A stretch of 64,000 nt of DNA from Chloroflexia bacterium (GCA_043427975.1 JBHWTK010000062.1:10281-74280); one strand, 5' to 3'. Shown: positions 18,338 to 27,285, counted from the stretch's first letter. Numbers and translations: made by a program. Notes: generated by a model from the letters alone, not told the origin.

Positions 18338-18790
18338 ATGGCGCAGTTCGCCGTTGCCGCACAACCAACACGGGCACAATGGCGCGATCTCCGCGCCATT
18401 GCCGCCATCCAGCGGGCGTCGTTCCGGCGCGACCTCGCCTACAAATGGTGGATGCTGGCCGTTTTCTGGTTGATGCCCGGCGTTACCTTCCTCGCCACGT
18501 ACGATGGGGCAGTGGTGACCGGCGTGATCATTGCCGACCTGAACCGCGGGCGTATCCGAATCATGAATATTGCGGTGCATCCGGAGTACCGCAAGCGCGG
18601 TATCGGCACGCAGCTCATGCAGGCGGTGCTGAACCAGTATCCACAGGCATCGGCGGTGTTAATGGTGCAGGAGCACAATGCCGCAGCCCAGGCCATGTAC
18701 CGGCAGCTTGGGTTTAAACGCAGCGGGTACCACGCTGCCTACTATGGCCGGGGCAACCCGGGCATTGAGATGACCCTCACGCGCGGCTAG
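18338..18790 (+). CDS. GNAT family N-acetyltransferase (RimI-like)
   Basis: IMNIAVHPEYRKRGIGTQLMQAVL...AAQAMYRQLGF, 150 aa. Confidence 0.85.
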   Translation: MAQFAVAAQPTRAQWRDLRAIAAIQRASFRRDLAYKWWMLAVFWLMPGVTFLATYDGAVVTGVIIADLNRGRIRIMNIAVHPEYRKRGIGTQLMQAVLNQYPQASAVLMVQEHNAAAQAMYRQLGFKRSGYHAAYYGRGNPGIEMTLTRG

Positions 18791-19515
18791 GTATCCAGCC
18801 CACCGGCGTGCCAGCTGATGCGTTCCACGCCCTCCAGTTGCTCCATTTCCTGAACAATAGTGATGGCATCGTCCGGATCGTGCACCCGCATGCGGATATC
18901 CAGCTTGCTGTGCTTCTTGTCGCCGTTAGTGTCCAGGTCCAGCGAGGTGAGCTCAAACCCCGGGCTCTTCAACGCCAGCTTGCGGATTTCCGGGACAACG
19001 GTACTGGGGTTGGACAGGGCGAGGACCAGCCGGTGGTCGCTGGAATCCTGGTGGAAGAGTCGCTTTTTCACCGGATGCAGGCCGCCCGAGATCAGCAGCA
19101 GCAGCCCGGTGGCCATCGATCCGGTCACCATCATGCCGCCACCTACCGCCAGCCCTACGCCGGAGGCGGCCCACAGCATGGCGGCAGTGGTGAGGCCATG
19201 AACCACATTTCGCCGCATGAAAATGATGCCCGCACCCAGGAAGCCGATACCACTTACCACTTGCGCGGCGATCCGGCCCGGATCCTGGCGGCCACCCTCG
19301 TAAATGGGCACACCATAGATGGAAACAATCATGATCAGCGCACTGGCCATGCTTACCACGGCGTAGGTGCGCATGCCGGCGCTTTGCTCGCGGCGGGCGC
19401 GCTCGATACCCAGCAGGATGCCGAGGAACGCGGCCAGCCCCAGGCGTGCGGCAGCCGCCAGGATCGGCAGGCCGCCATCCCGGTACATCTCTATTTCATT
19501 CCAGAACGATTCCAT
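18787..19515 (-). CDS. mgtC: MgtC/SapB family membrane protein
   Basis: LLGIERARREQSAGMRTYAVVSM plus an ACT-like C-terminal domain. ATG 19515 (MESFWNE) preferred over the TTG at 19533. Confidence 0.85.
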   Translation of the reverse strand: MESFWNEIEMYRDGGLPILAAAARLGLAAFLGILLGIERARREQSAGMRTYAVVSMASALIMIVSIYGVPIYEGGRQDPGRIAAQVVSGIGFLGAGIIFMRRNVVHGLTTAAMLWAASGVGLAVGGGMMVTGSMATGLLLLISGGLHPVKKRLFHQDSSDHRLVLALSNPSTVVPEIRKLALKSPGFELTSLDLDTNGDKKHSKLDIRMRVHDPDDAITIVQEMEQLEGVERISWHAGGLDT

Positions 19516-19535
19516 CGATTTTCGCCTCGGCAAGG

Positions 19536-19552
19536 GTTAACAAATTGTTAAC
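19536..19552. promoter_or_regulatory. perfect 8-1-8 palindrome GTTAACAAATTGTTAAC upstream of mgtC
   Basis: Read directly from the sequence. Lies 21-37 nt upstream of the mgtC ATG, in the 80-nt gap after the small membrane ORF. Confidence 0.4.
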
Positions 19553-19595
19553 GCATGAGAGATTATCATCGAAAATCGCGGAATGTACACGAGGC

Positions 19596-19874
19596 CTACA
19601 AACGCACCAGCAACAGCGCCACCGCCAGCACTGCCATCACACCATTCAGGATCGCCCCGAAGCGTAGCGTGCGCGCCTGTGGCTCGGGCGCCTGCTTTGC
19701 CAGATCCCAGGTCATCCACGCCATGGCGCTGAGGCAGATCACCAGGATGCCCAAACCCAGGTTGGGGTTGAGCAGGAATCCGATAAAGGGCGCCAGCAGT
19801 ATCCCGAGCATGGGCAACAAAATACGTACATCAACATTAACTGTTGGCGGCTTCGGGCGATCGTCGTAGGACAT
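19596..19874 (-). CDS. small membrane protein (92 aa)
   Basis: ATG 19874 after GAGG. Two or three hydrophobic helices (ILLPMLGILLAPFIGFLL, LGILVICLSAMAWM, VMAVLAVALLLV). Same strand as and just upstream of mgtC. Confidence 0.55.
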   Translation of the reverse strand: MSYDDRPKPPTVNVDVRILLPMLGILLAPFIGFLLNPNLGLGILVICLSAMAWMTWDLAKQAPEPQARTLRFGAILNGVMAVLAVALLLVRL

Positions 19875-19938
19875 CTCTGGGCCTCACATGCGAAAATCTG
19901 ACTATTGGCGTTTATGGTAGCCGCTTTCAGGAGGTGGT

Positions 19939-21132
19939 GTGACGGATCCGCTGGCTACATTGGTCTCCCTGGTGCTGGGGAGCAAACCGCAAACAGCCGC
20001 CACTGGTACCCTGCTGGACCTGCAGGGCAACCACCTGCTGCACATGGATAACCACGCCGCCATGGCGATGATCCCGCCCGCCAGCCTCGATTTCATCTAT
20101 ATCGACCCGCCGTTCGCCAGTAACGCGACCTACCAGCAGCGAATCGCCCTGCCGGGGCACACTATCGTGCGCGAGGCCTACACCGATACCTGGCCCGATG
20201 GCCTCAGCAGCTACCTCGAATACCTCGTTCCCCGGCTAATTACGATGAAGGGGCTCCTCAAGCCCACCGGCACCCTGTGCGTGCACCTGGACACGCACAG
20301 CAGCCACTATGTGAAAATCGCGCTTGATGCGATCTTCGGGCCAGATCTGTTTATCAATGAAGTGATCTGGCGCTACGGGAAAATGAGCAATTCCAGCCGG
20401 CGGTTTCCACAGAACCACGATACGTTGCTCCTCTACGGCGCCTCGACACAATGGTATTTCCAGTCGATTTACCCGCTCCCCAGCGAGTATCGCGCCCGGT
20501 TCGCACGTGACCTTACCGGCAACCGCGTTCTCTACGGCAGTGTCAAGCACCGAAAGGACAAGCTCCTGCAGCGGCGGATCGCTGCACGCCAACGGGAACT
20601 TGGCCGGCCTCTGCACGATGACGATGTGCTGTTCGATTTCGATACCGAAGCCAAGGTGCAGGACGATGTCGTTACCGATATCTCTATCATCCGGGGCAAT
20701 GCCCACGAGGGCCTGGGCTATGCCACCCAAAAGCCGGTGCAATTGCTGCAGCGGTTGATTGCCGCCTTCTGCCCGCCCGATGGCATGGTGGCCGACTTCT
20801 TCTGTGGCAGCGGCACCACCGGTGATGCGGCGCACGCGTTGGGCCGGCGCTGGCTGCTGGCCGATATCGGCCTGCCCGCTATCCAGACGGCGCGGCTGCG
20901 CTTGCAGCGGGCCGACTACACCTTCACCCGCGCGCCGGGGCTGGAGCCAGCCACATTCGAGGTGGACCCCGATGGACGGATTCGCGATTTCCACCTCCAT
21001 GCGCTGAACCTCGCACCCGCTGATGCGGCAGCGGTGGAGCACCTGCTGGCAACGGATCCCGGTGCGCTCATCGCTGGCACCATCGGTGAGACGGTGATCG
21101 ATGTGTTTGGCCGCGAGGCCCGGCGCGGGTAG
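19939..21132 (+). CDS. site-specific DNA methyltransferase, beta-class N6A/N4C (PF01555-like)
   Basis: GTG start after AGGAGG. Motif IV IYIDPPFASN precedes motif I FFCGSGTTGDAA (beta-class order). C-terminal extension of roughly 90 aa. Confidence 0.85.
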   Translation: MTDPLATLVSLVLGSKPQTAATGTLLDLQGNHLLHMDNHAAMAMIPPASLDFIYIDPPFASNATYQQRIALPGHTIVREAYTDTWPDGLSSYLEYLVPRLITMKGLLKPTGTLCVHLDTHSSHYVKIALDAIFGPDLFINEVIWRYGKMSNSSRRFPQNHDTLLLYGASTQWYFQSIYPLPSEYRARFARDLTGNRVLYGSVKHRKDKLLQRRIAARQRELGRPLHDDDVLFDFDTEAKVQDDVVTDISIIRGNAHEGLGYATQKPVQLLQRLIAAFCPPDGMVADFFCGSGTTGDAAHALGRRWLLADIGLPAIQTARLRLQRADYTFTRAPGLEPATFEVDPDGRIRDFHLHALNLAPADAAAVEHLLATDPGALIAGTIGETVIDVFGREARRG

Positions 21133-21202
21133 GTTTGCTACCCTGTACGGACAATGGGTATCCTTGCGCTAGTGCCGCCGTCGCAGCAGGAATCATCACA
21201 CC

Positions 21203-23563
21203 ATGGCCTATAACTTCAGCAAGTCCCCGTACGCCGCGCCGCAAAAACCCCCGAAATGGCCATGGATCTTCGCCTCCGTGCTGGTGTTCGCCATCGCCGC
21301 GGCTACCGTGATCCTGTTGCAGAACGGCCTGCCGATCAGCACCGGGCCGGAAGAGAACGGGAACCTCGCGCTCGTCACGCCCACGCCGGAACAAAACCTC
21401 GATCCAACTGTCACACCCATCCCGTCGCCCACCCCGGTTTCGCTGGAATACCCGACCGAGTTGGTGACCGAATGGAATACGTTGTGGATGAACGAGGATT
21501 ACGCGGCCATGTACCCGCTCACATCGGCCGCCACTCGCGACAACATGACGGAAAGCGCCTTTGTGGAGAAATACGAGGGCGTGGCCAGGGTAGCCGGCAT
21601 CAATAAAATCGCTGTGCGCCAGGATGGCGATGTCACCGCCGATGGCCGGGTGAATATCGTGGTGACCTACGAGAGTGGCCTGGTCGGCGAGATCCAGCAG
21701 GAAATGGAACTTGCCATGATCCAGGAAAGCGGTGGCTGGCGTGTGGTGTGGAGCCCCTCGCTCATCCTCACCGAGCTGGGGAGCAACGGGTGCGTTGCCT
21801 GGACTGGCGAGAGTTTCACGCGCGGCAAAATCCTCGATAGCCAGGGACGCGTGTTCGCGGAGGATCGCCCGGTCACCCGCGTGAGCGTGATTCCCGCCAA
21901 TGTTACCGATCCTGGCGTCATCTACCCGGAACTTGCCCGTGTGCTGGAGATGGATGTAGCGGATATCGAGCGGCGGGTCGGGGCATCGCCGAATGCATCA
22001 TGGGAAGTGGTGCTGAAGGATATGCCCGCCGCCGAGGAGATCAACCTGCTTAATGCCTTCAATGGCATGAACGGGGTCACCGTGCGCAGTGCCACCCAAC
22101 GCTTCTATCCGTACTCCAATTCTGCTGTGCACCTGGTGGGCTATGTCACCCTCGCCACCGGCGAGGATATGGACGCCGATGAAAGCATCGTCGAAGGGCA
22201 GCTGGTGGGCCGCACCGGCGTGGAATACGGTGCCAACGATATCCTGACCGGCAAGCCCGGCGGCACGCTTTCCGCCGTGGAATGTACCACCCGCGCCCGA
22301 CGGGCCGATATCGCGACGTCGGAGGGGCGCCCACCTGCCGATGTGATCCTGACCGTAGATGCCGAGTTCCAGGTGCAGGTGGGCAAGGCCTTGTCCACCG
22401 CCGAGACGGAGATCGATGGGCCGAACGGCCAGAAGATCAAGGTCGGCCAGCGTGGGGCGGTGGTGGTGATGGATCCGGAAACCGGCGCCATCCTTGCCAT
22501 GGTGAGCCACCCGAATTTCGATCCCAATGGCTATATCACCCAAAACTTCAGCCCGGAAGATGAGGCCAGCCTCAACGACCCGGTGATGCTCTCGTGGTTG
22601 AACCGCGCCGTGAGCCAGCCACTGCCGGTCGGCTCAATTATGAAAGTCATCACCACCGCAGGCGCCATGGATACCCTGGGCTACACCGACCAGACACTGG
22701 TCGATTGTCCCGCCAGTTTCACCATTGCCGGCCAAACCTGGAACGACTGGGTGGTGGAGAACAATGTGACCGCGCAGGGCACGCTTACATTGCACCAGGC
22801 GCTGGTTAACAGCTGCAACACCGTGTTCTATCGCATCGGTGCCGATATGGATTTGATCGATCCGTATGCGCTGCCGAATATGTCCCGCGCGTTCGGCCTT
22901 GGGCAGCCGGTAAACATCCCGTATTTCCCCAGTGCCACCAGCGGCGTTATTCCTGATCCCACCTGGAAGCAGGAGGAGCAGGGCGATGGCTGGGCTACCG
23001 GTGATAACGTGCAGCTGGCGATTGGCCAGGGATTTATGCTGGCCACACCGCTGCAAATGACGGTTGCTTACGCCGCCATCGCCAACGGCGGCGAAGTGCT
23101 GGTGCCCTATGTGGTGGATAAGACGCAGGTCGAGGGCGAGGACCCGGTGCAGGTGGGCAAGAAAGAGGTACGTAGCAAACTGCCGCTCACGCCCCAGCAG
23201 ATTACCTGGATCCAGGCAGCCCTCCGCAGCCAGACCAGTGATCCGTACGGTTATGGCAGCACGCGCGTGTTTGGCGATTTCCCGTGGAGCATCAGCGGCA
23301 AAACCGGCACCGCCCAGAACGATCGCGCCAACGAGGATGGCCGTCCCCACAGCTGGTTTGCGGCCTACGCGCCGTTCCCCGGCGATGGTGAACCCGCAGA
23401 GATCGCCAGCGTGGTGATGGTGGAGAACGTCGGCGAGGGCGTCAGCTACGCCGCCCCGGTAACCCGGATCATTTACCAGCATTGGCTGGATACGCATCAT
23501 TCCGGCATGGTGCCGCAGGATACCCGCCGCGTTGTGTGGATGCCGATTCCCCGGCACCTGTAG
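21203..23563 (+). CDS. penicillin-binding protein 2-type D,D-transpeptidase with an N-terminal NTF2-like domain
   Basis: N-terminal TM segment. Motifs S-x-x-K GSIMKVIT, S-x-N NSCN and KTGTA. Confidence 0.9.
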   Translation: MAYNFSKSPYAAPQKPPKWPWIFASVLVFAIAAATVILLQNGLPISTGPEENGNLALVTPTPEQNLDPTVTPIPSPTPVSLEYPTELVTEWNTLWMNEDYAAMYPLTSAATRDNMTESAFVEKYEGVARVAGINKIAVRQDGDVTADGRVNIVVTYESGLVGEIQQEMELAMIQESGGWRVVWSPSLILTELGSNGCVAWTGESFTRGKILDSQGRVFAEDRPVTRVSVIPANVTDPGVIYPELARVLEMDVADIERRVGASPNASWEVVLKDMPAAEEINLLNAFNGMNGVTVRSATQRFYPYSNSAVHLVGYVTLATGEDMDADESIVEGQLVGRTGVEYGANDILTGKPGGTLSAVECTTRARRADIATSEGRPPADVILTVDAEFQVQVGKALSTAETEIDGPNGQKIKVGQRGAVVVMDPETGAILAMVSHPNFDPNGYITQNFSPEDEASLNDPVMLSWLNRAVSQPLPVGSIMKVITTAGAMDTLGYTDQTLVDCPASFTIAGQTWNDWVVENNVTAQGTLTLHQALVNSCNTVFYRIGADMDLIDPYALPNMSRAFGLGQPVNIPYFPSATSGVIPDPTWKQEEQGDGWATGDNVQLAIGQGFMLATPLQMTVAYAAIANGGEVLVPYVVDKTQVEGEDPVQVGKKEVRSKLPLTPQQITWIQAALRSQTSDPYGYGSTRVFGDFPWSISGKTGTAQNDRANEDGRPHSWFAAYAPFPGDGEPAEIASVVMVENVGEGVSYAAPVTRIIYQHWLDTHHSGMVPQDTRRVVWMPIPRHL

Positions 23564-23579
23564 GCCCGGAACCGGATGC

Positions 23580-23669
23580 GTTGTGTAGGCCCGTCCTTCG
23601 TTCCCTGAGCGCAGCGAAGGGACGAATCGGGCGGGCCTGATGGGGTGGCGTTCGTTGTGCCACCACGGG
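23580..23669. repeat. 90-bp GTAG-headed palindromic repeat, copy 1
   Basis: GTTGTGTAGGCCCGTCCTTCGTTCCCTGAGCGCAGCGAAGGGACGAATCGGGCGGGCCTGATGG... It repeats 169 bp downstream with 7 mismatches by my alignment. Confidence 0.8.
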
Positions 23670-23748
23670 ACCCGCACCTGAGATGTTGACGCTCGGTGCA
23701 GACCCGTCCTCACCGGACTACAACAGGAAGACCTGGTGCCAGAACGGT

Positions 23749-23838
23749 GTTGTGTAGGCCCGTCCTTCGGCCCCTGAGCGCAGCGAGGGGGCGAATCGGG
23801 TGGGCCTGATGGCGTGGCGTTCGTCGTGCCACCACGGG
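23749..23838. repeat. 90-bp GTAG-headed palindromic repeat, copy 2
   Basis: Direct repeat of 23580..23669. Confidence 0.8.
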
Positions 23839-24528
23839 CTCCACGGCGGTGCGACCTGCCGCTCTCCCAAGACTTACAGACCCGTCGTAAAGCAATTCCT
23901 GACAAAAATTTGAAAAAGCAGGAAATTCCGGAAACGATTGTGTAGAATGCATCCGGAGCACGTTCAGAGAACGGGAACGCACCGCTCCTGCCGCACCGCT
24001 CGCGGTATCTGATGACGCGCGCGATCCCCAAACGCGGGATCCGTCTTATGATCGCCACCACGTGGCATCATGCCAGAAAGGAGTACAGGATGATGATTAT
24101 GACCCTGCTGCTTGCTGGCGTCGGCCAGCCGGCCTAGCGCCAGATACCCGGGTAGCTTGTCCATCTGCGGCAACCAACCCCGAACCTGATTTTCGAGAAT
24201 CTCAATAGTTTTTTCGACCTCTAAAAGGCGAGCCTTTCGCTGCCCTGTGTTTTGGGAACGCTGCGCTTGCCCTGGGCGTTGATGGTGGTGTGCCCGATGC
24301 CGGAACGTTATGTATATCCGGTACGGGATGGAAGGAGAGTGGCGATGATGTATATCCATGCGCTTTACGGTGGTGCAGGGTCCCGGTAACCGGGCCCCGG
24401 TGCACGAAATTTGTCGATATCACAACAGGGATTCCTGATGCCAAACGTGAACCCAATGATTATTTCGAACGTGCGCTGCTTTCCGACCAACCGTCACAAG
24501 CCATGCGCCATTCCCGAGGAAACAAACC

Positions 24529-24759
24529 ATGAGCACCCGTTATATCTCTGATTCCGAAATTACGCAGCGCCAGCAGCAGATTCGCACCTCTGCCCGTGCT
24601 GCCCGTTACGTCTATACCGTTGCCGGCCTGCGCCAGTTGCTGGGAAGCACCTTCATTGCGCTGGGAACCCATATTCACGGCTGCATGGAGAAACGACCCG
24701 CACCAACGGCGCATCCATCGAGCGCGCTGCTCGAGCCTGGCATGATTCGCAACCTGTAA
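24529..24759 (+). CDS. hypothetical 76-aa protein upstream of the double-GNAT genes
   Basis: ATG after GAGGAA. Codon choice resembles neighbouring genes. Ends 16 nt before the next ATG. I recognise no homology. Confidence 0.45.
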   Translation: MSTRYISDSEITQRQQQIRTSARAARYVYTVAGLRQLLGSTFIALGTHIHGCMEKRPAPTAHPSSALLEPGMIRNL

Positions 24760-24775
24760 TCCGTAAGGTACTGTC

Positions 24776-26014
24776 ATGACTGAAGCAACCAAAACCAAAC
24801 CCGAGCCCGGAACCGGGCACCTGCAACAGAGCTTCCTGGTCGGCGATCTGGTGTACCTCCGCACGGTGGAGGAAGACGATGCCGAGTACGGTGCCAGCTG
24901 GCGCCAGGGAATGATCCCGCGCTCGGTATCGGCAACGAAATCCTGGATCGAGGACGACCTCAAGAACGAGGAACACCTGTGGCTGGTCATCGTCCGCAAG
25001 AGCGATGACCGGCCGGTTGGCTCCATCGAGCGCGCCACCTGGCGGCACAATGTGTGGCTCACCGGCAAAATCGACCCGATCTTCGGTGAGGATGGCCAGC
25101 ACTGGCTGGCCGAGGCCTACACGCTGGTGCTGCGCTGGGTGGTGGATGAGCAGCACCGCATGCTCGCGCATGTGGAGGAAGTGCCATCCACCCAGCCGAT
25201 CGTGCTGGAAAAGCTGCAGGCCATGGGTGCCCGCATCACCAGCACCTTCCACGAGGCGCATCGCACTGCAGAGGGGTATACCGACTGGAATTTCCTCACC
25301 TACCTGAACAAGGACTGGGTGAAAACGCTCGGTGATCCATACGCCATGGAGAAGCCGCGCACCGGTACCGGCGAGCCGCGCCCGGTGATCGCCCCGGTTA
25401 CGGTGGAGGGCGACCTGCCGCCGGATGCCATTCGCGTTGGCCCGCGGGTGTACCTGCGGCCGCTGCGAAAGGCGGATGCTGCCCAGCTGGTGGAGTGGGC
25501 ACGCCGCGAAACCGAGCCGTTCTGGAGCTCGGGCCGGTCGGTGATGTCGCAGACATCAATCGAAAACTGGTTCGAGGAGATCTACAAGAAGGAGCCGCTG
25601 ACCTGGGTGCGGTTCGCCGTATGCCTGCGCGAGAACGATGAGTTCATTGGCGCGGTGGGAATCGACGGGATCGATTACCAGCACCGGCGCGCCGAAAGCG
25701 AGAGCGAGTTCCACCACGTGGGCTACCGCAGCAAGGGCTACGGCACCGAGGCCAAGCACCTGTTGTTCGATTACGCGTTCAACACGCTGGGCCTGCACAC
25801 CCTGCAAAGCTGGGTGATGTACACCAACACTCGCAGTGCCGCGGCATTGCGCAAGCAGGGGTACCGCGATGTCGGTATCGAACCCTGGCTGGTGCAGGGC
25901 GTTGGTGGCTACGACAACTTTGGCACCTACGAACTGCTCGCCGACGAGTGGCGCGCCATGCCGCGCGCCAGCGTAGAGGATGCGGGCGACCTCGCCGGTG
26001 AGACTGGCGATTAA
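24776..26014 (+). CDS. double-GNAT protein (two RimJ/RimL-like acetyltransferase domains), paralog 1
   Basis: Two (V)YLR(T/P)-initiated halves. The C-terminal half has the acetyl-CoA motif YRSKGYGTEAKHLL and NTRSAAALRKQGY. Confidence 0.85.
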   Translation: MTEATKTKPEPGTGHLQQSFLVGDLVYLRTVEEDDAEYGASWRQGMIPRSVSATKSWIEDDLKNEEHLWLVIVRKSDDRPVGSIERATWRHNVWLTGKIDPIFGEDGQHWLAEAYTLVLRWVVDEQHRMLAHVEEVPSTQPIVLEKLQAMGARITSTFHEAHRTAEGYTDWNFLTYLNKDWVKTLGDPYAMEKPRTGTGEPRPVIAPVTVEGDLPPDAIRVGPRVYLRPLRKADAAQLVEWARRETEPFWSSGRSVMSQTSIENWFEEIYKKEPLTWVRFAVCLRENDEFIGAVGIDGIDYQHRRAESESEFHHVGYRSKGYGTEAKHLLFDYAFNTLGLHTLQSWVMYTNTRSAAALRKQGYRDVGIEPWLVQGVGGYDNFGTYELLADEWRAMPRASVEDAGDLAGETGD

Positions 26015-26016
26015 GG

Positions 26017-27261
26017 ATGAATGGTATGAGCGACGTAACAACCATGGAACGGGAACCCGTCCTGGAAACCGCTGCCGAGAACACACGGGGTACCGGATCG
26101 CGCCTCCAGACCTTCCTGGTGGGCGAGAACGTGTACCTGCGCACCTTCGCCCCTGGCGATGAGAAGACCGCCACCCGCTGGCGACGCAGCGTGTTCCCGA
26201 AATCTCCCGAGCTGGTAGAGAAGTGGATCAAGGAGGAGATGCCGAAGGAAGGCAAGAACAACCGCTCCTACCTCGCCATTGTGCGCAAGGACGATGACGA
26301 GATCGTCGGTTCGGTTGAGATTCACCACGAAAATATCGGCAAGTACCTGTTGCCGCACGTGGATCCGCTCTACGGCGAAATCGGCCAGTACTGGCTGGCC
26401 GAGGCGGTTCACCTGGTAGCCGACTGGCAGATTGTGGAGAGCTACGTGCCAGTGGTGAGCCTTACCCTGCCGGCCAACCTGGAAACGGCAGTTTGCAGCA
26501 TCGAGGCCAACGGGTTTGTGGAGACAGCGCGTTGGCGTGAAATGTTCGAAATCAACGGCCAGCGGGTTGATCGTATCAACTTCTGCCGTTTCAGCCCGGA
26601 GTGGCTGGAGCGTATCGGCGACCCGATGCAGGCAGCGTTGCCGCGTTCCGGCACCGGCGTGGCGCGTCCGATAGCACCCGCCCAGGCACCGGAAGGCGAC
26701 CCGCCGAAGCAGGCGCTTATCTTCGGCAAACGCGTCTACCTGCGCCCGGAGGACAAGAAGGACGCCCGCATCACCGTCGAGAGCGGCCGCAAGGAAGAGG
26801 AAACCTTCTTTGATATCGGTCGTCATCTCATGTCGCAGGCGAGTTGGGAATCGTTCCTGGCCAGCACGGCCGGTGAAGACTTTCCGGACAAGCTCTGGTT
26901 CGCTGTCTGCCTGAAGGACACCCACGAGGTAATCGGCTCGGTCGGTTTGCTGGACATGGATTACGTCCATCGCACGGCGGAGACCGGTTCGGTCTTCCAC
27001 TCGGTGGAGTACCGCGGCCAGGGCTACGGCTTTGAGGCGAAGCAGTTATTGCTGGAGTACACGTTCAATGTGCTGGGCTTCCACATGGTGCTCAGCTTCG
27101 TGTATTTCCCCAATACCCGCAGCGCTGCGGCCCTGCGCAAGCAGGGCTACCGGGAAGCTGGCCGCTGTTGCTGGATGTACCCGTATGAAGGCGGGTTTGG
27201 CAACATGGTCACCTTCGACCTGCTCGCCGATGAATGGCGCGCCCTGCCGAGGGAATCGTAG
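26017..27261 (+). CDS. double-GNAT protein, paralog 2
   Basis: Starts 2 nt after the paralog 1 stop. Same two-domain layout: YRGQGYGFEAKQLL, NTRSAAALRKQGY. Confidence 0.85.
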   Translation: MNGMSDVTTMEREPVLETAAENTRGTGSRLQTFLVGENVYLRTFAPGDEKTATRWRRSVFPKSPELVEKWIKEEMPKEGKNNRSYLAIVRKDDDEIVGSVEIHHENIGKYLLPHVDPLYGEIGQYWLAEAVHLVADWQIVESYVPVVSLTLPANLETAVCSIEANGFVETARWREMFEINGQRVDRINFCRFSPEWLERIGDPMQAALPRSGTGVARPIAPAQAPEGDPPKQALIFGKRVYLRPEDKKDARITVESGRKEEETFFDIGRHLMSQASWESFLASTAGEDFPDKLWFAVCLKDTHEVIGSVGLLDMDYVHRTAETGSVFHSVEYRGQGYGFEAKQLLLEYTFNVLGFHMVLSFVYFPNTRSAAALRKQGYREAGRCCWMYPYEGGFGNMVTFDLLADEWRALPRES

Positions 27262-27285
27262 CCCGGCCCACGGGTCACCAAGAAC

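Noticed and set aside
23561-23890. Possible CRISPR array (direct repeats; also 27286..27714 and 54951..55154)
   Set aside because: Repeats are long or heterogeneous, strongly palindromic, occur in both orientations and have irregular spacing. No cas genes are present. This fits REP/BIME-type elements, not CRISPR.
22634-24061. 475-aa minus-strand ORF
   Set aside because: Antisense of the PBP2 3' end, continuing through the REP-like repeats. No motifs.
23964-24359. 131-aa minus-strand ORF in the AT-rich region without credible long ORFs
   Set aside because: The N-terminal third is His/Arg-rich nonsense-like sequence, there is no RBS, and it overlaps both SD-preceded micro-ORFs on the other strand. 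A short helical stretch (LLEVEKTIEILENQV) kept me from dismissing it completely, but I cannot support it as a gene.
24529-26014. Classical GNAT toxin / RHH-DUF1778 antitoxin (TacAT/AtaRT-type) module
   Set aside because: The GNAT proteins are about 410-aa two-domain RimJ/RimL-like enzymes rather than ~170-aa TacT-like toxins. The 76-aa ORF shows no RHH-like N-terminus. The idea is kept only as one hypothesis within the GNAT finding.
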